From IMG/VR virus record IMGVR_UViG_3300037067_013258: a stretch of DNA of 64,000 nt; one strand, written 5' to 3'. Within the stretch, counting starts at the first letter, position 1; the number at the start of each line of letters is the position of its first letter. The notes below the pieces were generated by a model. The model did no database searches. It worked only from the letters and a program-made list of their open reading frames with translations, and was not told where the DNA came from. This document shows positions 1-9,318 of this stretch, piece by piece. Made by a program: the position numbers and the translations under genes. Source of the DNA: an uncultured virus (IMG/VR IMGVR_UViG_3300037067_013258). Lineage: Duplodnaviria > Heunggongvirae > Uroviricota > Caudoviricetes.

Positions 1-403
1 TATCGGTAATCATATGCAAACTGCCACACCAAAGAGGGAGACAGGAAAAATCAAATTCCGCCCCGTTCAATTTCGCCCCGATCAATTTCGCGTTGTTCAA
101 TTTCGCGTTGTTCAATTTCGCCCCGTTCAATTCCGCGTTGTTCAATTCCGCGTAGTTCAATTTCGCGTTGTTCAATTTCGCGTTGTTCAATTTCGCCCCG
201 TTCAATTCCGCGTTGTTCAATTCCGCGTAGTTCAATTCCGCGTAGTTCAATTCCGCGTTGTTCAATTTCGCGTTGTAGGGAAAAACAATATTAATCAGAT
301 CGCAGTCTGAAAAATTCATTTGTTTTCCTGTGCAGTTATCAGCGTTCCATAATTGATGTTGTGCATATGCATCGTCAAATTCTTGTTGGGTTATTATTTT
401 CAC
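1..403 (-). CDS. Pentapeptide-repeat protein (runs off the left edge; absent from the ORF track)
   Basis: Manual translation: GGAGG RBS, GTG at 403, MKIITQQEFDDAYAQHQLW...(A[K/E]LN[N/Y/G])x~14...AEFDFSCLPLWCGSLHMITD, open to position 1. Confidence 0.85.
   Translation of the reverse strand, partial: MKIITQQEFDDAYAQHQLWNADNCTGKQMNFSDCDLINIVFPYNAKLNNAELNYAELNYAELNNAELNGAKLNNAKLNNAKLNYAELNNAELNGAKLNNAKLNNAKLIGAKLNGAEFDFSCLPLWCGSLHMITD
53..277. repeat. 15-bp tandem repeat, ~15 units, encoding the pentapeptide repeats
   Basis: Units GTTCAATT(T/C)CGC(GTT/GTA/CCC) are directly visible. Confidence 0.95.
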
Positions 404-447
404 AATTTTCCTCCTATAATTTTTATCCGCAACTAATGGCAGATTAT

Positions 448-717
448 TTATTTTCCGTACTTCATCCAGGCTTGATTTGCTTTATCACTCATTTCGATGA
501 TTTCCCCGTCAGTGTAGTTTTTACCTGGATTTTGTTTGCGAAATCGAGCAATAAATTCTGCATCGGTTGTAACAAAACTTCCTGTTTTTTCTGCCATTTC
601 TGCATCATTTATGTGCATTGCTCTGACAACCGCATGAATTTCAAGCTGTGCCGTTACCAGCAGACTTTTTGCTTCCTGTCCACTTTTCCTAATCTGATCT
701 ATTGTCTTTGTTTCCAT
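448..717 (-). CDS. Hypothetical protein
   Basis: ORF track; start trimmed to METKT after a GGAGG RBS. Confidence 0.7.
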   Translation of the reverse strand: METKTIDQIRKSGQEAKSLLVTAQLEIHAVVRAMHINDAEMAEKTGSFVTTDAEFIARFRKQNPGKNYTDGEIIEMSDKANQAWMKYGK

Positions 718-820
718 GGCTATCCTCCCTCTTTGCATGTTTAGCATTACCCGGCTGCACGTGGTCAGTTGACCGGACGCCTGCAATCGCAGCCATAAGC
801 CCGCGGCTGCGGGAAGTAAG

Positions 821-1201
821 CTATCGTAATTCGATTGTCGGTATAATTTCGGACGGTTTAAAAATTACCTTATACTGTCGCGTTGAAACATCGACGCTAT
901 CGAGAGCTTCCGAAAAATATGTGACATTATCAGACAGCCCTAAGTAATGTTTTAAGAATTTTCCAGCTTCTGTTTTTACGGTTACAACGAGATCACCGTC
1001 TGTATCTACGATGATTGCCAACATCCCCTCGATTGTCAGGATGTATTCTCCTGTAATTCCGTTGTAAAAAACAACTCTCCGGTATACACCAAAGTTTTGT
1101 TCTTGCCTTTCCAGATTATACCTGGCAATAGATGCATCATCCGAACATCCGACAAATGACATGATGATAATTACTATCATCAAAAAACATAATCTTTTCA
1201 T
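821..1201 (-). CDS. Phage lipoprotein
   Basis: Signal peptide with lipobox FVG|C; RRVVFYNGITGEYIL motif common in phage lipoproteins. Confidence 0.75.
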   Translation of the reverse strand: MKRLCFLMIVIIIMSFVGCSDDASIARYNLERQEQNFGVYRRVVFYNGITGEYILTIEGMLAIIVDTDGDLVVTVKTEAGKFLKHYLGLSDNVTYFSEALDSVDVSTRQYKVIFKPSEIIPTIELR

Positions 1202-1204
1202 AAA

Positions 1205-1360
1205 TACTTCCTTTTGTGGTAGGCCACAACCCAAAATATTCCCCGGCCAGGCTTTGATCTCTGACCAGGGAAGCTGTAGGAGCGTTTAGCTATTGCGCTC
1301 CCACGATAAACCCGCTCACGGCTCCGCCCCGTGTCTATAGCCCTCCGGCGTGCGGGTAGA
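1205..1360 (-). ncRNA. Candidate structured leader RNA with several stems
   Basis: GC-rich intergenic stems 1214-1229, 1239-1272, 1277-1303 and 1310-1357. The mismatches become G.U pairs only on the minus strand. Confidence 0.45.
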
Positions 1361-1364
1361 TTGT

Positions 1365-1625
1365 TTATTCTATATCGATCCTGACCCGGCCTGTAGCTGA
1401 CGAATTTCCAGGCTGACTGTTATTTTTTGTAGGCCGTAACGCCTCGAAAATCTGGCCATAATAGCCACCGGTCAACCCGTTATCGCGATTAAAAAAATAA
1501 CGTTTCCCGTACAGTTTTTTTACTGCACGATCAATCATTTCTTCGGTAGTTTCAAGCAGATTTGCTCTGATTCCGGTTGATTCAGTTTTGTCCGATTTTG
1601 ATAATCCTACGATTGTAATTTTCAT
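1365..1625 (-). CDS. Hypothetical protein
   Basis: ORF track; start MKITIV after an AGGAGG RBS. Confidence 0.7.
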   Translation of the reverse strand: MKITIVGLSKSDKTESTGIRANLLETTEEMIDRAVKKLYGKRYFFNRDNGLTGGYYGQIFEALRPTKNNSQPGNSSATGRVRIDIE

Positions 1626-1673
1626 CTTCACCCTCCTACAGGCCGGTTGCTTTTGTTGCAACCTTATATATAT

Positions 1674-1702
1674 AATATACATCTTTTATGCTTTAAAGTC
1701 AA
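1674..1702 (-). promoter_or_regulatory. Sigma70-type promoter
   Basis: TTGACT-17 bp-TATATT on the minus strand, with an AT-rich upstream tract. Confidence 0.7.
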
Positions 1703-1837
1703 GGAAAAAAAGAAAATATTTTAATTATTTTTTATCTTTATTTTCTTTTTTATTCTATTATACAGGGAGGATTCTGTTTTTTAAGATTCTCTGATTGCAT
1801 TTTTATAATGCCTAAATTACTACTCAAATGATAAGTA

Positions 1838-2218
1838 TTATTTCTGATTTTTAATCTCTGCTTTTAGTTTAATCAACTCTATATTATGATTGTCATCAAT
1901 TGTACGCATCCTGTCTTCCAGTTGCTTTGCAATTTCCGTTTCCATCATACCTGCTTCTGCCAAACACTCGCAAGCAATTAGTTTTAATTCTGTCGGAGTT
2001 TTATGCTCCTTAAATTCTTTCCAATTAAAAACTTTCTGCCTATTCGATATTGCAAGGGCCAGTAAAAAAGCAGCTGCAATAATAGCAATAATTATACCAA
2101 GCATGATGTTTCTGTCTGATTCATTAAAATATGATTGCATAAACATACACCAAAATGAAACAAACAAAGCAACAAAAATAATAAATGCTGTCAATAAAAA
2201 AATCATGCTACTTTTCAT
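1838..2218 (-). CDS. Membrane protein (2 TM segments plus coiled coil)
   Basis: Two hydrophobic N-terminal segments. Confidence 0.7.
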   Translation of the reverse strand: MKSSMIFLLTAFIIFVALFVSFWCMFMQSYFNESDRNIMLGIIIAIIAAAFLLALAISNRQKVFNWKEFKEHKTPTELKLIACECLAEAGMMETEIAKQLEDRMRTIDDNHNIELIKLKAEIKNQK

Positions 2219-2537
2219 TCTCTCTCCTTGTCCTCTGTGAACTGCTCATAGATTTTTCCTTATTGCTTCTTACCGTTAAAACAGTCTGCCTGAAACTGAC
2301 TTCTTTTGCACCTTTTAAAACAGCAAGGGCTCTTTGGTTTTCATTCAAAACATACCTGGACAGGAAACTGTCTGATTTGTAGAAATTCCTGGATACACCA
2401 ATTTTGAATGCAAAAAAATGAAGTGCATTAACATCATTTGAATCTGAATACAGATTACATCCTTTCATTTTATTGTCTATGGATGTGATAGGAACTGAAT
2501 CATCCTTTATTTCTCTTAACTCATCAACACAAATCAT
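2208..2537 (-). CDS. DUF4031-like protein (divergent)
   Basis: ICVD...CNLYSD...LHFFAFKIG...QRALAVLKGAKEV pattern. Confidence 0.55.
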   Translation of the reverse strand: MICVDELREIKDDSVPITSIDNKMKGCNLYSDSNDVNALHFFAFKIGVSRNFYKSDSFLSRYVLNENQRALAVLKGAKEVSFRQTVLTVRSNKEKSMSSSQRTRRENEK

Positions 2538-2771
2538 TTCACCTGCTCCCTTTCCACCCTTTGAATCTTAATGGCTGTTTTGTTGCTTTATTTGTTTTCC
2601 TGAAAAACAATTTCCACAAATTCAATAAAATAAAAACTTGAAACATCTTAAAATTAAAAAAGTCTTTTAAGAACCATTCCCTTAATAAATTCATAACATC
2701 ACTACGACCTCTGGAAAAACCCGGATGTGAAAAATAGAAAAAATCTACATAATAACAGTACCCATACATAT

Positions 2772-2972
2772 TTAATCCTCTATATTATCATAATGAATAG
2801 GAAAATACGTTTGTGTGTATGTTCCCCCTCTATCACTTGCTGATACACTTTTTCCAGATCGGATCTCTTGTTTTTCACTATTTGAAATACCCTGTATATT
2901 GTCAATCCTCACCCTATCTTTTCTAGGATAATCTAACCAGTAATCCCTTATACAATAAACTTGATCAATCAT
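2772..2972 (-). CDS. Hypothetical protein
   Basis: ORF track; likely start MIDQVY. Confidence 0.5.
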   Translation of the reverse strand: MIDQVYCIRDYWLDYPRKDRVRIDNIQGISNSEKQEIRSGKSVSASDRGGTYTQTYFPIHYDNIED

Positions 2973-3178
2973 TCCCCCACACCCCCACAACTCATCATTA
3001 TTCCTTAAGCACCCATTCAAGGGTTATTATTTCAGTTTCTAATGCCAGTTGTGTTAATGCCTTATGAATGTCTGTTCCTACATTATAAACAGGACACGTC
3101 AATCGTTCATCCTGTTTAAGTGTTTCTATTCTTTTATGTATTTCATCCTCTGATTTCATCCTTGCACCTCATAGACAT

Positions 3179-3208
3179 ATTATACACAACTACCTGAAAA
3201 TAAAAACA
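3179..3208 (-). promoter_or_regulatory. Class-II promoter motif (TGTTTYTRTTTT-N12-TATART), copy 1
   Basis: TGTTTTTATTTTCAGGTAGTTGTG-TATAAT; same geometry at 9283-9312 and 30882-30911. Confidence 0.55.
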
Positions 3209-3363
3209 CTTTTATTTGATTTCCCTTATGATTAAGAAATATTGCTTCTTACCCCATCTAATTGTCAGTATTCTTTCATCGCTGAATAAAATCACCTGCA
3301 ATGAAATGTATACACCAAACACAACACCCACAATAAAAAACAAAACCATGCCAATGAGTTCCA

Positions 3364-3549
3364 TCACTTAATCCTTGATGCTAATTCTTTAGCTTCAACA
3401 TTCGACCGTCTTCTTGCTTTTTTAGACAAATGAAGTTTAACAGTTTTTGATCTTATCTCTCCATGCTCTCCCCTGTAATACTGATTACCAGACAGGATAA
3501 ATGTCCTGCCTTTCAACTCTTTGTCCTTATGCATCTTTTTTTGTTTCAT
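3364..3549 (-). CDS. Small basic hypothetical protein
   Basis: ORF track, co-directional with neighbours. Confidence 0.55.
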   Translation of the reverse strand: MKQKKMHKDKELKGRTFILSGNQYYRGEHGEIRSKTVKLHLSKKARRRSNVEAKELASRIK

Positions 3550-3563
3550 TTACGCCACACCCC

Positions 3564-3953
3564 TTATTTTAAATATTCAAATCGTTTCCGTTTACATTTC
3601 CCGGTATCTGGATTCGATGCTTTGACCAATCTCTTAATTACTGCCTTTTGTGTTCTCCAGGAACCTTTCTTTTTATAGTTTTCAAATGCTTTCATGATCA
3701 TGTCAATATGTTCCTGTTGTGTAATGATCCTGTCCAGACTATGATGAAAAATAATATTAAAACAATCTTTAAATACATTTTTATTCTTATCCACCATATC
3801 CGTGTATTGCTTTTTTATTGTGGGTGAAGTCTCCAGGAAATCTAAAATGAATTGTGTGTCATGTTTCTGCTCCATTTCCTGCATAGAACTGAAGAAATTT
3901 TCCTGCTTATCCATTTTATCAACAAACTCTGATTTGATTTGTTTTATGTTCAT
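3564..3953 (-). CDS. Hypothetical protein
   Basis: ORF track; RBS present. Confidence 0.65.
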   Translation of the reverse strand: MNIKQIKSEFVDKMDKQENFFSSMQEMEQKHDTQFILDFLETSPTIKKQYTDMVDKNKNVFKDCFNIIFHHSLDRIITQQEHIDMIMKAFENYKKKGSWRTQKAVIKRLVKASNPDTGKCKRKRFEYLK

Positions 3954-3960
3954 AAACCCT

Positions 3961-4515
3961 TTACTCCATTAAAATATTTTCTATATTCCAACATATCCCT
4001 GATGCTTCCATAATTTCTTTATTTTCTTTCCACCACTTCTTAAGACCCTCAAACACAACATCAAATTGTATTTTCCTAAAAGTGGCTGTAGACACAAAAT
4101 ACTGTTGCAACAGTGTACGTGTTGCCTTTTCATCCATCGAAAGAATAAAAATCAACATTTCCTTACTACTATCTGAAATCTCATTCAGGGCCTCATTAAA
4201 AAACAATTCAGCCTGGTCATAGTTTTTTACAACATAATCAAAAATATCATCAAATTGAACACAATCAGGTTTAAGATAATTTGTTTTAACATAGCTGTTA
4301 AGACCATTCTTAAGACAAGTGTATAAAAAAGTTGAAAATGAAGCTTTTTCTGGATTGAAAGAATCCACAGCCTTACAGAAAATCAAAAAACCCTCTGCCT
4401 GCAAATCCTCAAAGGTATCTCTATCGTTACATTTTTTGATTTTCCTGGTAAAATACCAAGCTGCCTTATTTATCATATTTCTATATTGCTTAAAAAGTTT
4501 TTCTTTACCTTCCAT
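3961..4515 (-). CDS. Phage RNA polymerase sigma factor (sigma70 region 2)
   Basis: EDLQAEGFLIFCKAVDSFNPEKASFSTFLY resembles region 2 (DL.QEG..GL..A...FD....FSTY). Confidence 0.75.
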   Translation of the reverse strand: MEGKEKLFKQYRNMINKAAWYFTRKIKKCNDRDTFEDLQAEGFLIFCKAVDSFNPEKASFSTFLYTCLKNGLNSYVKTNYLKPDCVQFDDIFDYVVKNYDQAELFFNEALNEISDSSKEMLIFILSMDEKATRTLLQQYFVSTATFRKIQFDVVFEGLKKWWKENKEIMEASGICWNIENILME

Positions 4516-4521
4516 AATTCA

Positions 4522-4550
4522 AGCATACCACAATTAAAAATAAAAGTCAA
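4522..4550 (-). promoter_or_regulatory. Sigma70-type promoter of the sigma gene (probably leaderless)
   Basis: TTGACT-17 bp-TATGCT with a TG extended -10; only 6 nt to the ATG. Confidence 0.65.
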
Positions 4551-4556
4551 ACACTT

Positions 4557-5141
4557 TTAAAATATATTTTCAAGATAATTTTCTACTTTCTCTACTTTTA
4601 CATGCTTCCATGTATTCCTGTTCACAATATCTCTCACAGCACTTTCAGAAATGTTATAAATAGCTGCCAAACAATCAACCGAAAGCTCACTTGACAAAAT
4701 AGACCTGACAGTATCCTCATCAATCACAGCCTGCGGGTGGTCTTCACCCCTGCATGACCTCTCCCTTTCAACCATATCACGCATGTTTTCTATGTGTGTT
4801 CCCGGTATAAGATGTCCAGGATTGCAGCACAAAGAGTTGTCGCAGGTATGTCGTAAAAGCTTATATTTAAGATCCTGCAAAGGAATGCTGTTGAAAAATC
4901 CATAAGTAAAATGGTATATAAAATAATGTTTATTTTTAAAAGGAATTATAGTTCTATCCCTGCCTGGAATAGAATAATGACTATCACAAATCCAGCAATT
5001 ATTATCTGCTTTTTTTAAATCAATAGATTTTTTAACATGAGCTCTTTTTATGATAATTTTATTACAATCAAATCGAACGTAGAATAAAGTGTCCTCATAT
5101 TCATATTGTAATGATGCTGATTTACAAAAAGGATTGTTCAT
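4557..5141 (-). CDS. HNH endonuclease, probably homing
   Basis: LRHTCDNSLCCNPGHLIPGTHIENMRD HNH motif followed by a C-terminal HTH-like region. Confidence 0.85.
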   Translation of the reverse strand: MNNPFCKSASLQYEYEDTLFYVRFDCNKIIIKRAHVKKSIDLKKADNNCWICDSHYSIPGRDRTIIPFKNKHYFIYHFTYGFFNSIPLQDLKYKLLRHTCDNSLCCNPGHLIPGTHIENMRDMVERERSCRGEDHPQAVIDEDTVRSILSSELSVDCLAAIYNISESAVRDIVNRNTWKHVKVEKVENYLENIF

Positions 5142-5143
5142 TG

Positions 5144-5662
5144 TTATTTCAGTGCTTTAACAGAGTTTTTCATAAGTGCCTTTTCTTTTTCAGAAACAAA
5201 CAATCTCACAAATTTTTCAAACAGACACCAATCTATAATAACAACAGGTTGTTTCATACCATTACGTTTATACACTATCAACCAGTCTGTGCCATCCTTC
5301 TGATTAGACTTTGCCTGTTCTATTGTTTCATTGACATTAAGTTTTTCAGTATTTTTGCATTCTATCGAATAAGGCAACAAATCCGCAGCCCTGTCCCTTA
5401 ACACAATATCGACGTTTCTCTGGCCCATTTCCCTGGAATGGATCATACATTGATCATCCGATTGATCATAATTAATACCGATTAAAGTAGCCAGCTTTTC
5501 ACACACCCACTTTTGCAGATTACGGCCTTTTGCTTTTGCAGAAGAGGTCTTTATCCTCTGTTTAAGCAACTTCTTTAATATGCTTAAAGCATATTTTGAT
5601 GTTCCCATATTGTTTTTTAAAAATACAATTTCACTTTCACTTAATGTTATTTGTTTTTTCAT
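5144..5662 (-). CDS. Holliday junction resolvase (PD-(D/E)xK)
   Basis: SAKAKGR...VDIVL...SIECKN. Confidence 0.75.
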   Translation of the reverse strand: MKKQITLSESEIVFLKNNMGTSKYALSILKKLLKQRIKTSSAKAKGRNLQKWVCEKLATLIGINYDQSDDQCMIHSREMGQRNVDIVLRDRAADLLPYSIECKNTEKLNVNETIEQAKSNQKDGTDWLIVYKRNGMKQPVVIIDWCLFEKFVRLFVSEKEKALMKNSVKALK

Positions 5663-5801
5663 TTTGCCTTTTCCTTCATAACCTTTAATTTTTTAATTAC
5701 CTGTTGTGATAATAAAAAATCATCTTCATCTTTTTGTACATTCATTCCGCTCACACAATTTAAAACAAAACAAATTTCTTCATATGTCAAGATTACTTGT
5801 T

Positions 5802-5987
5802 TCATACTTTCACCCCTTCCTGATAATCTTCTAATAAACAGTCTTTATGTATTTCACTTCCAGGATGAAAGGGGTTTCCATTTACAAGCAACCTGCAATA
5901 AACTCTTCCGAACGAATATTCACCACAGGGGCAAATACTGCAATTTTGTATTTTTCTAACACCTGTTTTTAACATGATTTGCTTCAC
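5802..5987 (-). CDS. Small Cys-containing hypothetical protein
   Basis: CxxCP...C...C; GTG start with an RBS. Confidence 0.5.
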   Translation of the reverse strand: MKQIMLKTGVRKIQNCSICPCGEYSFGRVYCRLLVNGNPFHPGSEIHKDCLLEDYQEGVKV

Positions 5988-6258
5988 ACTTACTCCTTTT
6001 TATCATCTCTCCCATTTTACCAGAAATTGCCTTGATTCCTATTACTGCAAATAACTGGACAACATTACTATGAATTGTGCTGTTATTTTCAATAGCATCC
6101 ATAACCCTCTTAAAACTCCAACCCCTTTGCAGATAATTACAAACACAAAGAAATGATTGAAACAATTCACCCTGGTCTACCCCAAACTCTGCTTGTAATT
6201 CTTTCAACTGTATTTCCCAGGTCTGTCCACTTTGATTTCCTGTTCGATTGCTTCCCAT
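5956..6258 (-). CDS. Hypothetical protein
   Basis: ORF track; start uncertain because it overlaps recA. Confidence 0.45.
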   Translation of the reverse strand: MGSNRTGNQSGQTWEIQLKELQAEFGVDQGELFQSFLCVCNYLQRGWSFKRVMDAIENNSTIHSNVVQLFAVIGIKAISGKMGEMIKRSKCEANHVKNRC

Positions 6259-7406
6259 TTGTTTTTTACCCTTCTTGTCAATTCTGCTTGTAAATTATTT
6301 TGTTCAATGTGTCTGATAAGTTCATCCCTTGTAAATGTTTGTCCATATTGCTTTTTAAACTCCTGCTTAATTTCAGAACCATCTTTTTGATCTTGTATGT
6401 ATTCAAGCATGGAATTAAGTTTATCTTTTTTAGTTTTCAGTTCCTTTCCCTCTGCCCACTCCTGATATGTATCAAACACATTGGACTTCTCCAGTAATTC
6501 AGTGATATTTTTTAGTTCTATCTTATTTGTGCCTTCCTGCTTATTCCATTCAATTGCTTTTGCTGTGGACAACAGGTCAAAGTCTTTGCCACGTAAATCA
6601 TAAAGGAAATCTATGTTTGCACCTATGTTGTCAATTCCATAGGTGAAGTAAAGAGGGAACACACATTCCCGGTATGGTCGAGGGGTTTTGCTTTTTTTGG
6701 CACTTGCTTTGATTATCACACCTATTACCCTTCCCTGCTTTTTGATCTTATGCACATTTGCAAGCCACAAACAACAGAATGCGTAAAAATCAAGGGCTTT
6801 TCCACCACTTCTTTTTTGCTCTGCAAACATCGAGTTGATTGCATCCCTGGTCTGTGAAATTATAATCAAAAGGCAATTCTTTTCATCCGTCATTCCAGCC
6901 AAACCACGGAAAAACTCTTGAGAAAGAAATTTAGGTGTGCCCATTTGATAACTACCCTTATTAAAATCCTTGCCTTTTTTAAAGGCTGACACCCTGGCTT
7001 TACCTCTCTCTTCAATCTCATCCGATGAAAGGCCGTCAAGAGAATCCAACACATAAATTCCAAACTCATCTTTTTTTATTGATTCAAGAAATAATCGGTA
7101 ATTGCAATAAAATTCTTCCACTGTCCTGCTTTTAATGCCTTCAATATCGTCAAATTCAAAATGGTAAATTTCCTTAACATCATGAGTAAGACCACTTTCA
7201 GCATTATCATACCTTTTCTTCAGTTTCTTGCCTAATCTATGATGTGCTGCTGCCACAGCTTCTAATGCCAATGATGTTTTACCCCCTGATTTATCAGACA
7301 CTATGTTAATGATTTTGCCACCTGGATAACCTTCCCATATACCACCCCCCACCACCTCATCAAGCAAATCCGATCCAGTGTGAAAACACAATTCATTATT
7401 TGACAT
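6204..7406 (-). CDS. recA: RecA/UvsX-like recombinase
   Basis: TGSDLLD..VGGG..G.P.GKI, Walker A SDKSGGKTS, Walker B VLDSL, IISQTR, SGGKALDFYA. Confidence 0.9.
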   Translation of the reverse strand: MSNNELCFHTGSDLLDEVVGGGIWEGYPGGKIINIVSDKSGGKTSLALEAVAAAHHRLGKKLKKRYDNAESGLTHDVKEIYHFEFDDIEGIKSRTVEEFYCNYRLFLESIKKDEFGIYVLDSLDGLSSDEIEERGKARVSAFKKGKDFNKGSYQMGTPKFLSQEFFRGLAGMTDEKNCLLIIISQTRDAINSMFAEQKRSGGKALDFYAFCCLWLANVHKIKKQGRVIGVIIKASAKKSKTPRPYRECVFPLYFTYGIDNIGANIDFLYDLRGKDFDLLSTAKAIEWNKQEGTNKIELKNITELLEKSNVFDTYQEWAEGKELKTKKDKLNSMLEYIQDQKDGSEIKQEFKKQYGQTFTRDELIRHIEQNNLQAELTRRVKNKWEAIEQEIKVDRPGKYS

Positions 7407-7773
7407 TCTCATTTGCTCCTTTCTTTTTTATCAATTCCAGATAACGGCTTTCGTTATAAGCCTTTAATCTTCGTCTGCCATATTCAACACACTCTTCATG
7501 CAACATTATAACATACACCCTGTTATAGGATGTACTATATTTTTTAGCCAGCTGTTCAATTGTCATATAACCAACCGGCAAATCTTTCAAAGTCAAATCA
7601 AGGTATGATTCCATTTTTTCCTTTAAATACGAATAGTGGAATTCATCCTCTGCCTGTTCAACAAACCCATTCCTTTTAGCAAGGTGGAACAGGCCCTGGT
7701 GTGTTATACCATGGCCTGTTTTTTCCCTGTACAAGGATAATGCTTCTTTTCGACCAATCCTTGTCACCCGCAT
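7396..7773 (-). CDS. Putative DNA-binding protein
   Basis: YMTIEQLAKKYSTSYNRV is HTH-like. Confidence 0.5.
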   Translation of the reverse strand: MRVTRIGRKEALSLYREKTGHGITHQGLFHLAKRNGFVEQAEDEFHYSYLKEKMESYLDLTLKDLPVGYMTIEQLAKKYSTSYNRVYVIMLHEECVEYGRRRLKAYNESRYLELIKKKGANENVK

Positions 7774-8721
7774 TTACTTTCCTTTTTTAGCACGTGCACA
7801 GGCAACATACACCTTGCAATCATCACAGTCATCCTCAAATTCGTCATTGTCCGTTCCGAATTTGTGACCTTGTGGGCATTCTGTGCTGGTTTCTTTCTTT
7901 TTGTCTTTTTTCACTGGCTCTTCATCGTCTTCTTTTTTTTCATCCTGCTCTGGCTTTTCATCGTCGTCGTCATCATTTGAATACAACATTTTTTGAGCTT
8001 CATCATATGACGGAATTTTCAGGAATTCATCCAGGCAAAAAGGTTTGTTAAGGAAATCCAATGGCAGATCATCTTCTTTTGATATTGGTTTAAAGCTTGT
8101 ACCGTCAGCCAATTTGAGAAATTTTCTTGAATTGAATGTTTCTTCCTTGACCATGTATTTGATGACACAACCTTTCTTGTCCCTGTAAGGAAATCCAACC
8201 AAATCCTCATCATCGTCTGCCGCAGTACGTGCAGCCTCGATCATGCCTTTTTCAAAAGAAAAATGTGGCTGTGATAAGATGTAGAATACTTCCTTACCTT
8301 CCTTTATATCATAGACAATATAGGCTGTTTGCTTTTTTGCTTTTATCTTTTCTGCAATGTCCTTCCTGCCCTTATCAGCCATTTCATCCATGTACTCACA
8401 AATAGGGCATTTCTTATTAAAGGTGTGTTTGAGGCATAAGCACATTCCTTTTTCATCAACACCCATTCCCTTATGGACATGAAATTCGATGCTGTACACA
8501 TACTCACCCTTTCTGAAATCACCTGACTTCACCAATGGGTGATTCTCCCCGGCAGGCCAGGCGACAATCAAGTGCCGGTACTTTGTGTCTTTTTCCCACT
8601 TGAATATTTTTACACCAGAAGGGGTATTAAACAATTTACTCCCTGTACCATCATCCTTATGCTCATAACTCCTTTTTGCCTGCCTGGATAAGGAATCACC
8701 CTCATGTTTATCTACTCCCAT
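7774..8721 (-). CDS. Single-stranded DNA-binding protein (gp32-like)
   Basis: H...CLC...CPICE zinc motif, acidic tail, located between the UvsY-like gene and recA. Confidence 0.75.
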   Translation of the reverse strand: MGVDKHEGDSLSRQAKRSYEHKDDGTGSKLFNTPSGVKIFKWEKDTKYRHLIVAWPAGENHPLVKSGDFRKGEYVYSIEFHVHKGMGVDEKGMCLCLKHTFNKKCPICEYMDEMADKGRKDIAEKIKAKKQTAYIVYDIKEGKEVFYILSQPHFSFEKGMIEAARTAADDDEDLVGFPYRDKKGCVIKYMVKEETFNSRKFLKLADGTSFKPISKEDDLPLDFLNKPFCLDEFLKIPSYDEAQKMLYSNDDDDDEKPEQDEKKEDDEEPVKKDKKKETSTECPQGHKFGTDNDEFEDDCDDCKVYVACARAKKGK

Positions 8722-9264
8722 TTACTTTTCACTCCTTTCATTTAATCTTTTATTTGTCTGTCGTGAGAAATCACCCCCAGCAGACTGCTTTTGTGTGTCT
8801 GGTTTGCTGTAATAATTACCAAGCCACAGACTGATTTCACCTTCAAGCATAGACTTTCTCTGTGCAAACACTTTCACAACAGCACCAATCTTGCCCACTT
8901 TCCTTTCAGCAAGGATTAATTGCCTTCTTGTTTCACACACATCCTTATTGCTGTTAACCAGGGCAGACACGACAGCTTCAGTCAGTTTAACATCTTGATA
9001 TTCAATAGGAATGATGCCGTCTTCTTTTAGTGTGTCTGAATTTGCTTTTTCGGCCCTGATTTGCAATTCTACTTTACTTTCAACCTCCTTTATTTTTGCC
9101 TTTAAAAGGTCACGTTCATATTCAGCATCAACAAGCATGTCAGAATATCGATGATAAACGTTGCCATTTTCTTCACATTCGACATCCAGCTTGAATTTGT
9201 TGATCCGTAATTCCTTTAAAGCTTCTGAATCAATTTCAAATAATGAAATATTTTCTTTTGCCAT
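8722..9264 (-). CDS. UvsY-like recombination mediator
   Basis: Helical protein, KLTEAVVSALV...AQRKSMLE...GNYYS; next to SSB. Confidence 0.55.
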   Translation of the reverse strand: MAKENISLFEIDSEALKELRINKFKLDVECEENGNVYHRYSDMLVDAEYERDLLKAKIKEVESKVELQIRAEKANSDTLKEDGIIPIEYQDVKLTEAVVSALVNSNKDVCETRRQLILAERKVGKIGAVVKVFAQRKSMLEGEISLWLGNYYSKPDTQKQSAGGDFSRQTNKRLNERSEK

Positions 9265-9282
9265 AATTACCTCCATACTTGT

Positions 9283-9312
9283 ATTATAATCAGACACCTA
9301 AAAACAGAAACA
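9283..9312 (-). promoter_or_regulatory. Class-II promoter motif, copy 2
   Basis: TGTTTCTGTTTTTAGGTGTCTGAT-TATAAT. Confidence 0.55.
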
Positions 9313-9318
9313 TTTTTA

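Noticed and set aside
53..277. CRISPR array or DGR template repeat (AAC-rich)
   Set aside because: Units are contiguous with no spacers. There is no second copy differing at adenines and no reverse transcriptase or cas gene in the window.
14..310. Plus-strand (QFRVV)n ORF
   Set aside because: Shadow frame of the minus-strand pentapeptide gene, which has an RBS and recognisable flanking motifs.
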